Source: an uncultured Methanomassiliicoccales archaeon (GTDB lineage Archaea; Thermoplasmatota; Thermoplasmata; Methanomassiliicoccales; UBA472). Taken from it: a DNA stretch of 64,000 nucleotides. The position numbers and the translations under genes were made by a program. Location: positions 16,724 to 80,723 of the forward strand of contig CAVQBH010000014.1 of NCBI GenBank assembly GCA_963710685.1, in the 5' to 3' direction. The notes under the pieces are model-generated. The model worked only from the letters and a program-made list of their open reading frames with translations, was not told the DNA's origin and did no database searches. Within the stretch, counting starts at the first letter, position 1. Each line of letters begins with the position of its first letter. Shown piece by piece: positions 10,083 through 18,519 of the stretch.

Positions 10083-10454
10083 TCAGCGCTTAAGCAGCCG
10101 GCGGAACTCCCGAAACCCTTCCTCAATGGCCGCCTGGCTCTGCTCCTCCATCCGCCGATACAACACCACCACCTCCCGCCCCACCTCGGTCAATACCGCG
10201 CCGCCACCCGTTTTACCTCCGCGCTTGCACACCACCGCCGGCGACCGAAACCGCGCGTTCAGACTCTTCACGTGCTTCCACGCCGTCAGGTAGGCCATCC
10301 CCATCCGTGCCGCCGCCGCCTGCAGGCTGCCGGTCTCTCCAATCAGCTCCAGCAACTGCACTCGGCCGGGTCCCAAAGCCGCGTCCCGGCCACACATGAC
10401 CCGCAGCCGCGGCAGCACTGATGCCGGCGGCCCCGCACATTTCTTCTTCCGCAT
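10083..10454 (-). CDS. modE: Short ModE-family winged-helix regulator (no TOBE domain)
   Basis: LGPGRVQLLELIGETGSLQAAAARMGMAYLTAW and RGGKTGGGAVLTEVG; about 123 aa. Confidence 0.85.
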   Translation of the reverse strand: MRKKKCAGPPASVLPRLRVMCGRDAALGPGRVQLLELIGETGSLQAAAARMGMAYLTAWKHVKSLNARFRSPAVVCKRGGKTGGGAVLTEVGREVVVLYRRMEEQSQAAIEEGFREFRRLLKR

Positions 10455-10587
10455 AAAGCTCCGGCACAAGATGGCGCCAAGCGTGCGAAGAAAGCGAATC
10501 CATTCTGCCAGGCACTCGGGTTGGGGCACCAAGGGGAATCCCTCTTTGCCCTCTACGAAAAGCCCGCCAATAAGCCGCGCTGGTGGT

Positions 10588-11745
10588 TCATGCACTGATT
10601 TCGGCCAGGCGATGGGTGGGGGTGGGCTTGCCGGGGCGGAAGTGGTCCAGTAGGTGGAGCGATACCACAAGAGTGTCAAACGGGGTAGCCGCGGCCTGCA
10701 ACCCCTCGCGCACGGCTGTGCCGAGCACTTCGGGCGCTGCCTCTGCCCGCAGGTTGATCATCAACTGCCCACCCGTCACCGGCACGCCCAAGCGAGCCCC
10801 TGCCTCCGGGGCGACATCGCTGCGAACAATGTTAATGCTGGCGACTTTGCCGCCACCGTCGTCCGGCACCAGTGTCATCTTCAGGTGGGCGATTTCTGCT
10901 TTGGCGGCGCAGAGGCGGTTGCGTAATTGGACCGCCAGCTCCAGCAGGAACAGGTCACCGTTAAACTTCTTCCTGGCCGCCAGCCGTGCCGTGCAGTTTG
11001 ACCAGCCCAGCCGCGCTTCGCCATCGGCATACACCTCGTAATCAACCTGCATCGCCCGGCCGGAGCGCTGTTCCTCGCGGGTGATCCTTTCGAACCACGC
11101 CTCCAAATTCGTGCTTTCGCGTGCTGACACGGCCAGGATCTCCTTGCGGGGGAAAGTGGCCGCGATGGCTTCCCGCAAAGACGCCAGCCGCCGCTCGTCC
11201 AACAGATCGCACTTGCTGATGACGATCAGGTCCGCCTCCTCAATTTGCTTCTGGTAAATGTAAAGCACCTTGTCGGAGAAGGTGCCGCCGGGCTCGACGC
11301 CGAAGGAGCGCAACGCCCGAACAGGATCCACCAGCACGCTGACCGGCGCGACCGTGAGGTTCGCGCCATGCAGCCGCCGCAGCGGGTAGGCCACGGTTGC
11401 GACCAGGTCGGTGCAACTGCCGACCGGCTCGGCAATGAAAACGTCAGGCCGGCTCCGCTGCGCCAGCTTGCGCGCGGCTTCCACCAACGCGTCGAACCGG
11501 CAGCAGAAACAGCCGCCGGGGATTTCTTCGGTCCGGAAGCCCTGGCAACGCAGCAGCGTCGTGTCAACGAGGTTACGGCCCTGGTCATTGGTGATGAGGC
11601 CCACCCGCAGGCCCTGGCGTGTAAGATGCGCGGCCAGACGACCCACGGCGGTAGTCTTGCCCGCACCCAGGAAGCCTCCGATCATGATGTAGCGAGGCTT
11701 GGGGGACCCCGCCGCCGTTCCTGGTTGAAATTCGGATGCTTTCAC
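10588..11745 (-). CDS. CobW/HypB/UreG-family (G3E) GTPase metallochaperone
   Basis: GGFLGAGKTT, ITNDQG, GGCFCC, EPVGSCTD and SKCD. Start (GTG 11745) uncertain. Confidence 0.85.
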   Translation of the reverse strand: MKASEFQPGTAAGSPKPRYIMIGGFLGAGKTTAVGRLAAHLTRQGLRVGLITNDQGRNLVDTTLLRCQGFRTEEIPGGCFCCRFDALVEAARKLAQRSRPDVFIAEPVGSCTDLVATVAYPLRRLHGANLTVAPVSVLVDPVRALRSFGVEPGGTFSDKVLYIYQKQIEEADLIVISKCDLLDERRLASLREAIAATFPRKEILAVSARESTNLEAWFERITREEQRSGRAMQVDYEVYADGEARLGWSNCTARLAARKKFNGDLFLLELAVQLRNRLCAAKAEIAHLKMTLVPDDGGGKVASINIVRSDVAPEAGARLGVPVTGGQLMINLRAEAAPEVLGTAVREGLQAAATPFDTLVVSLHLLDHFRPGKPTPTHRLAEISA

Positions 11746-11809
11746 CGAGACCCGACGTTCGCTTCCTCGGCTGTTTTTAGTGATTTGCGCTCCGACCACG
11801 ATCTCCCTT

Positions 11810-13024
11810 TCAGCTCTCCGGCCGTAGGCACAAGTCCCGGCACATGCACACATTCAACCCGGAGGCCCCCGGTGGTTCCAGCTTATACCTCCTGAACAAC
11901 TCCACAAATCCCGCTCGCGCCCGCCGGTAGTAGTCCAGGCCCGGCGGCGTGGTGGAGCCTCGCACCGGCCGGAAGTGCGGCAACCACACCGAGAACAGCG
12001 GCACGATCCCCCGCTCCGCCACATATTTGGCTCCCGCCAGCAAGCTTTCCACCGGTTCCAGCCCAACCACAAACGCGCTGCACACCTTGTTCGGCCCGTG
12101 CCGCTGCGCCGCATATTCCAACGCCCGCAGTTGCTGCTCCCGTCCCACGTGTCGCGAAATACCCGGGCATGCTTCCGCAAAAATCGCCTTGTCCCACACG
12201 TTCAGGTCGTAAGCTACCCGGTCCACTCCGGCCGCAAACAGCGCATCCACCGCCGCCGGGTCCCGCGGCGCGCTCGTGTAAACGTAAATCTCCCCCGGGA
12301 TATCCTTCAGCCCCAGCCTTCGGTCAATGGCCTTCAGCACCTCCACCACCAACGGGACCTCCCCGCACGCCGAATCCACCTCCGACCCGCCCGTCAACTG
12401 CACATCCCGGATGCCTTCACTGCGCACCCCGTATTCCACCGCTTCGGCCACATCTTCCGCTGTCGCGATCGGCGGCAGCGGCTGGCCGGCCCGTTTCATG
12501 TCCAGCGTCATGTTTCCCTGGTAGCAGAAGTCACACGGCTGGCCACCCAGCGCAAACTGGCACGGCCAAAGATACGGAAAGGACACTACGTCCAGCCCTT
12601 GTAGCACCGCCATCAACTGGAAGGGAAATCCCTTGCTCGTGCTCCGCTCGTAAAAACTCGTCGCTGGCGGGAAGTCCACCTTCGTAACCGCCTTTCCACG
12701 ATACGTCAGCCACGGTTCGCCCGCCGCGTCCACCATCAGGCTGAAGTCCGCCCCCGGCCCAACGTGAAACATATGCGTCGGCACCCGTCCCGGCAGCACC
12801 AGGCAGTTGCAGCAGAATGGATGGTTGGTCGGCGCCAGCCGGTGCGTCCGACCAAACCTCTTTACTATCTCCTCCGGCACGTTAATCCCCCGTGTCAGGA
12901 GCAGGGTCTTCAAGTCGAACACGTCCACCGCCTGCTCACCCACTCCAAAGCGGCGGTGTTTCGCCCGAAAGGCCTCCAGATTCCCAATCTGCGGACCAGC
13001 CGTGCTTTTCTTACTCTCACTCAT
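11810..13024 (-). CDS. Radical SAM protein with extended CX8CX2C motif
   Basis: CQFALGGQPCDFC, LTGGS, VVGLEP and C-terminal CMCRDLC; resembles MSMEG_0568-like rSAM architecture. Confidence 0.8.
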   Translation of the reverse strand: MSESKKSTAGPQIGNLEAFRAKHRRFGVGEQAVDVFDLKTLLLTRGINVPEEIVKRFGRTHRLAPTNHPFCCNCLVLPGRVPTHMFHVGPGADFSLMVDAAGEPWLTYRGKAVTKVDFPPATSFYERSTSKGFPFQLMAVLQGLDVVSFPYLWPCQFALGGQPCDFCYQGNMTLDMKRAGQPLPPIATAEDVAEAVEYGVRSEGIRDVQLTGGSEVDSACGEVPLVVEVLKAIDRRLGLKDIPGEIYVYTSAPRDPAAVDALFAAGVDRVAYDLNVWDKAIFAEACPGISRHVGREQQLRALEYAAQRHGPNKVCSAFVVGLEPVESLLAGAKYVAERGIVPLFSVWLPHFRPVRGSTTPPGLDYYRRARAGFVELFRRYKLEPPGASGLNVCMCRDLCLRPES

Positions 13025-13607
13025 TCTGCCGTCCATCATAGCAACGAGGTTCCTCCGTGCAAGTTAAGCAGCCCGTGTCGTCCATGCCGACCTCCCGCAG
13101 TGCGATCATCCGTAAGACAGTTCCAACACCGACGAATTCCGGGTGCGCGGTTTTAACCGAGTGCAGACAGCAACGGCTTTGGAAACCGACTGGATGGCTT
13201 GCGAATGCGCCTCCAAAAAACACGCGTCCACCGACACGAGGGGGTGGAGCGGCCAGAACTGAATGCCGAGAGAGGGGACGCGAATGATCAGGCACCGGAA
13301 ACAGAAGCAGCCTCGAGAACTCATAAATCGCCAGGGCGATGCACGTTCCCGCGATGAGCAAAGCCAGCGCTATCATTAAAGGGTGACTTCCCTCCTTGCT
13401 CGAAAACTTCTCTTCAACTTTCTGGCTAGTTTCACTCGTGAACTGCGACTTTGGTTTAGCGCCTTTTCCAGCATCCCGCTCCCCCTCAGATGTGCCGCCG
13501 AGTTCGCGTAACTTCTTCCAGCCGAGCACTACGACGATAAGCCCCATGACGATAACAATCCCTCCAGCACCCCAATGCCATATCATAGTCAGCTTCACAG
13601 GCGTCAT
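13017..13607 (-). CDS. Small two-TM hypothetical membrane protein (3' end uncertain)
   Basis: Two hydrophobic stretches flank a charged loop; lower GC; begins just after the cobN-like stop. Confidence 0.4.
   Translation of the reverse strand: MTPVKLTMIWHWGAGGIVIVMGLIVVVLGWKKLRELGGTSEGERDAGKGAKPKSQFTSETSQKVEEKFSSKEGSHPLMIALALLIAGTCIALAIYEFSRLLLFPVPDHSRPLSRHSVLAAPPPRVGGRVFFGGAFASHPVGFQSRCCLHSVKTAHPEFVGVGTVLRMIALREVGMDDTGCLTCTEEPRCYDGRQNE
13035..13062 (-). promoter_or_regulatory. Sigma70-type promoter TTGCAC-N16-TATGAT for the rSAM-GTPase pair
   Basis: Read on the minus strand about 10 nt upstream of ATG 13024. Confidence 0.55.
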
Positions 13608-13618
13608 GCTAATAGAAA

Positions 13619-16600
13619 TTATCGTGGAGCAGAGTAAGGCGGTTGAATCTCGCCGGGCGTGGAAAACTTCGATGAGATCTTCTCTTCGAAAGCCGCCTTA
13701 CCTTGCCACCACCAGCCAACGGCAATCAGCACGCATGCTAACAATCCCACGAAAGCGCGTTCCGACCACCGCGACCTCGCGACCGAAGGACGTGGGACAG
13801 GACGCGGCTTCTCCTCCAACAGCCGCCCTTTCACGACGGGCGTGGCGTTCGCCGCGGAACGCGGCGAGGCGGGGATGGCAGAGGCTGGACTTGGCCCTGG
13901 CGCGGGCTGCCAGTCCGCGCGCCTGGCGACACGTTCCGTTTCGGCAGCGACGGCAGGAGCGAGCTCAGCGTCCGTCCGGCGCAACTGAGCAACTGTTTCA
14001 GGCGCGGGTTGCCAGTAACCCTTGTTGATAACTGTCAGCATTCGTTCAACCATCGCTTGGTAGGCTGCAAGATTTTCCGCGCTGCGAAATCTCTCCCGAA
14101 TCCCCAGGTCATAGCGGTCCAATACATAGGTCTCGAACATTTCCTGCCATTTGGCCGCGTCCACGGCCTCCGGCACGGCGACCTGCCAGCCCCACAAGTT
14201 GTCGGTCACCTGCCGGATCATGCGCGCGCCGGCGTAGCCCTCCTTAAGCATCGCCTCGATCCACTTTGGGTTCAGATAGCGCGCCCGCATTTCGCGGCCC
14301 ATGTATCGTTCGAGGGTGACTGTCTCACCCGACCTGGGGTTGCTCAGGTCCGCGACCAGCGTGTCCACCGGTTTGCCATTCACCTCGCGAACGGCCATCG
14401 CGGTGCCGCCGAGGTATTGGTAGAAATCGTCGCTATCAATGGCGCCATAGACGTTCGACGAACGGCTGTGGATCACACCCTTTGCGCCCTTGAGCGCCAG
14501 TCGCAGAACCGTTGGTGATAGATCGGCGTTGGTGCCTGCCGCTGCCCGCGCGCCCCAAAAGCCTTGTCCGAACAGATGGCTCATGCGGTTGAAAAAGACC
14601 GCCGCGACCTGCTGCTCGTTGGTCCAACTATCCGCTTGCTGGATGGCATGATCCAGCCCTGCGCCGTAAGTTCCTGAAGGCACACTGAACAACCGCACTG
14701 ATGCCAGACGCTCGGCCTCGACTGGCGATACCCCTTGTGCTTCAAGGGCTGTGCGAGCCGCCGCAATGTTCCGCAGCAAAGGGTTGTCCGCGCTGGTGTC
14801 GGTCTTTACCAAGGTCACGGCTTGGTCGAGCAAAAGCATCAAGTTAGGAAATAAATCACGGTATAGCCCTGAAGGAATCACGGTTACATCCACGCGACGG
14901 CGACCCAACTCAGCGGGTGGAATCAAGTGCAACCCTTGCACCCGGCCACGAGCATCCCAATTGGGGCGCACCCCCATGAGCGTGAGGATCTCCGCCTCCA
15001 TTACCCCTTCGTGCCGGCTCGTCTCCGTGCCCCAAAGGTTGAATACCAGCCGGTCAGGGAACTGGCCATCGTGCCGTTTGCGATACGACGCGATGAGATC
15101 CACCGCCATCCGCGAGCCCGCAGCAAAAGTCGCCGCCGTCGGCAGCCGTGCTGGGTCGAAGCCATAGAAGTTCTTTCCCGTGGGCAATGCGTCTGGGTTG
15201 CGGATAGGGTCGTTTCCCGGTCCCGGCCAGGATGTAACGCCCGGCCAACCCAGCCGAAAGCGCATCCAATTCCGCCTGGGCTGAGGCTTCGATTCGTGCC
15301 ATCAACTCCGCTTTGCGCCTGGCGTGTTCTCCCGGAGACAGGTCGGGTTCGAGCGAGAGGATCGCTTCCGCTGTTGCCGCCCGCTTTGGCTCGTCGGGTG
15401 CGACGCCCAGCGTGTGCATGCCGAATGGCGTCATGCGTTCGCCAATCTTTCGGACGTGGTGCTCGATCTCCTCAATTTGATCGTCGTTCAACGACGCCCC
15501 AGGCGCGAGCGTAATGTCCAGGTCCTTGAAAAGCCCGCGCCGCTCGCAACGTTGCGCCAGCTCGCGAACCAGCTCGTCCCTGGCCGGCGAGCCTTTGTCC
15601 CGGGCGACGTGGTAATCGTTGATGAGTCCCGCAATCGCGTGGAGTTCCGGGCTCAAGCTCGCCCGATCCAGCGGCGGCGGCAGATGCGTGATGATGGCTG
15701 CCATCGCGCGGCGTTTGGCCTGCAGACCCTCCCCAACGTCGTCCACGATGAACGGATAAAACTGCGGCACAGCGCCGACCAGAACCTCGCCCGTGTCGGC
15801 GGCGGTGAAACCGACCTCCTTGCCCGGCAGCCATTCGTGGGTGGCGTGCGTGCCGACATGCACCATCGCATCGGCGTGAAAGTTCTTTTGCAGCCAGAGA
15901 TAGAAAGCGAGGTATTGATGATGCGGCGGCAGAGTTACGTCGTGGTAGATCGCCTCTATGTCCTGATCCCAGCCGCGCGTGGGCTGTGGGCCAAAAGCCA
16001 CGTTCCCCCAGCGCAGAATAGGCAGCACGAAGAACGGCGTCCCCGACGCATCTCGCCACACCATGACTTTGCTCTGCTCCGGTTCGCCCCACTTGGCCAC
16101 GATTTGCGCGCGCAAAGGCGCCGGCGCCTGATCGAACCATTGGCGGTATTCCGACATCGGGACCAGTTGGACGCGCCCCGAACGGGCCAATTGGTCGAGC
16201 TCCGTCGCGACGTTCGTGCCCGGTGTGGGGTTGTTCCCAAAGGTGCGGATAGCGGTGAACAGTTCGTCCGCGTTGGTGGGCGCACCGTCCGCAGCGAAAC
16301 CATCGGCCCGGAGCCGGTTGAGGATTTGCAGCAACGACTGCGGCAGCACGTTCAGATAGGAGGCGCCGATGGTTTCGCGTCCCGGCGGATAGTTGTAGTA
16401 GATCACGGCCACCCGTTTGTTGGCGGGTGGTTCGTGGCGCAAACGCACGAACGCCTGCACCCGATCGGCCAGGCGCTCGACCCGTTCGGCAATCGGCATC
16501 GTCATTACGTAAGTTTGGCCGGTGGCAACGTCCACGAGCTTTTCCTTGGAGGCGACAATGGTGGGCGCCACAGCACCCGCCAGTTCCGCGCTGCCGATCT

Positions 16601-17537
16601 GCCAGGAACGCTCGATGAAATCCAGACCGGAGGCGGAGCGTTCCCATTCGGCACGGCTTTGACTGTTCAGCGCGACGGCGTTGAGAATCGGCACGTCGAG
16701 CTGTGCCAGCAGCGGCGCCAGCTTGTCCGGAACATTACCGATTTTGAGCGTCAATCCGACCAGCGCTTCGATGCGGGGGTGGCCATTGGTACCGAGGAAC
16801 AAGAGCGGTAAGGCTGCGTGGCTCGGATAACCAAACCCGAACAGCGCATTAAACCCGCGCAGGTCCAAGGCGGTGTTGAGGGCGGACAACAACTCGGTCT
16901 GGCCGGACGTGGCGGTGTCGCGCGAGAAATACACCCCAATCCAGGGGCGCCTCTGGCGATCCGCTGCCCCGGCCAGATAGGCGGCGGCATAGTCCTCAAA
17001 TCGCGCGAATGCTCGACGGCCAGTGGGTTCGAAGAAGCCGAATTCCGGGAAGGGGGAAGGCGCGATCAAGTGCAAGCCGGGCTTGTAGTGCCGTGCGAGC
17101 GCGGCGCGCACAAGTTGTACCAGATTGGCCTGCCCACCCGCATCGAAGCAGGCTGCGAGTTCTGCATCGCGCTTGAACCCTAGGTCGGCAAACTCCGGGT
17201 CCAGTGTGCCGCCGACTCCCGCCAGCCAAGCGCCATGTGCCGAGGCGGCCTGAATTTCCGCCGCGAGCGCTCGCAGTAACGCACCGTAACGGGTGTAGCC
17301 GACTATAATGTCGCTTTTGCGAATGAACTGGCGGTCATTGTCGTCGAGTTCGACCCGCGGGAACGCCCGGACGGTAACATCGCTCAACTCGGGGTCCCGC
17401 CGCAACTCAGTGATGGCGCCAATGGCCGCGGCCGACTGTGCATCGCCTGTGAGCAGAGCAACCCTCACTTGGACAGCGTCTGAAGCGGTAACACTGAGGC
17501 AGCCGAGGCAAACGAGCAATGGAGTGAGGAACTTCAC
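13619..17537 (-). CDS. cobN: CobN/ChlH-family (HmuS-like) chelatase/dechelatase with signal peptide and C-terminal TM; frameshift near 15225
   Basis: YYNYPPG, PPHHQY, HVGTHATHEWLPGK, DPIRNPDALPTGKNFY, SGLYRD, RYLNPKWIEAM..GYAGA; formed by joining ORFs 15054-17576 and 13619-15265. Confidence 0.9.
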
Positions 17538-17544
17538 GCCACGC

Positions 17545-17907
17545 TCATTTGGGTTTTGTTTCTTCGTCCGGCACATAGACGACTTGGCCGTTGGCGAGGC
17601 GATAGGCCGTGCCGAGGCGTATGCCCTGGCCGGAGAGTGTCTTGTCGGTGACCTTCTGCACCTTAATCTGAGCTCCGTGCTTGGTGATGATCTCCATCTC
17701 GCCGGACTCGGTCTGCTTGACGAGCGTTACGTTGGACTTCTTGTCGAGCAATGTGCCGGACGAAAACAGGGCAAACAGCGCGATCAGCAGCGCGACGATG
17801 AACGCCACGCTCACATCGAACAGATTCGCGATGCCAGCCAGCGGGTCCTCGTCATGCCCTGGCGCCGGGCCGTGAGCCGAAATCCGATGCCGCTGAACGA
17901 AGCGCAT
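17545..17907 (-). CDS. DUF2149 protein (HmuV-like)
   Basis: EDPLAGIANLFDVSVAFIVAL and G.RLGTAYRL.NG.VVYVP. Confidence 0.9.
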   Translation of the reverse strand: MRFVQRHRISAHGPAPGHDEDPLAGIANLFDVSVAFIVALLIALFALFSSGTLLDKKSNVTLVKQTESGEMEIITKHGAQIKVQKVTDKTLSGQGIRLGTAYRLANGQVVYVPDEETKPK

Positions 17908-17910
17908 GGC

Positions 17911-18465
17911 TTACTCCTTTCCGTTGGCTTGGCGCAGGACGCGCTCGGCATGAAACGCAAGCGCCTGCGAGTCAGCGCGCACCCAGCTTTCGCGGGCGGC
18001 GGCAATCAGGTAGGCGGCTACGCTGATAGTCAGGCCAATGACCGTCGCGGCAAAAGCCGTGACCATGTTGCTGGCGAGCGCCGGCAGGTTGCCCTCAGCC
18101 AAACCCTGAAGCGCATCCGCCATCGGGATGAGCGTGCCCATCAGCCCCAGCGAAGGCCCCACGCGCACCGCCAGCCGCAAGCGCCCGAGAGCGCGCCACT
18201 GCTCCCGCTCGGTGTTTTGCAGACATTCTTCGAGCCGGAGATCCAGTCCCTCACCCGGCTGGGCGGCCGCGAGTTGATCCAGCGCTTTCTGCGCCCGCTC
18301 CAAAGCCCGCCGGCGACCGGAACGGCGATCCCACGCCTCACGCAGAAATGCGCCCAGGGCCACTAGCATGGCGGCCATCAAGCCGAGCAACCCCAGCAGC
18401 ACCGGCCAGACGAGAAAGGCAGCGATGTGATGAAACAATTCCCGAAGTTGATCAACGGCAGTCAT
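17911..18465 (-). CDS. MotA/TolQ/ExbB proton-channel family protein (HmuU-like)
   Basis: GPSLGLMGTLIPM and AFAATVIGL. Confidence 0.9.
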   Translation of the reverse strand: MTAVDQLRELFHHIAAFLVWPVLLGLLGLMAAMLVALGAFLREAWDRRSGRRRALERAQKALDQLAAAQPGEGLDLRLEECLQNTEREQWRALGRLRLAVRVGPSLGLMGTLIPMADALQGLAEGNLPALASNMVTAFAATVIGLTISVAAYLIAAARESWVRADSQALAFHAERVLRQANGKE

Positions 18466-18519
18466 GGGTAGTTCGATTTAGGCGATGTACTGCCAGGTGG
18501 CAGAGGAATTTAACCGAGG

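Noticed and set aside
13619-17537. cobN as evidence of aerobic cobalamin biosynthesis
   Set aside because: Exported topology, no cobS/T or other cob genes, and a MotA/DUF2149 context with a NikR-type operator.
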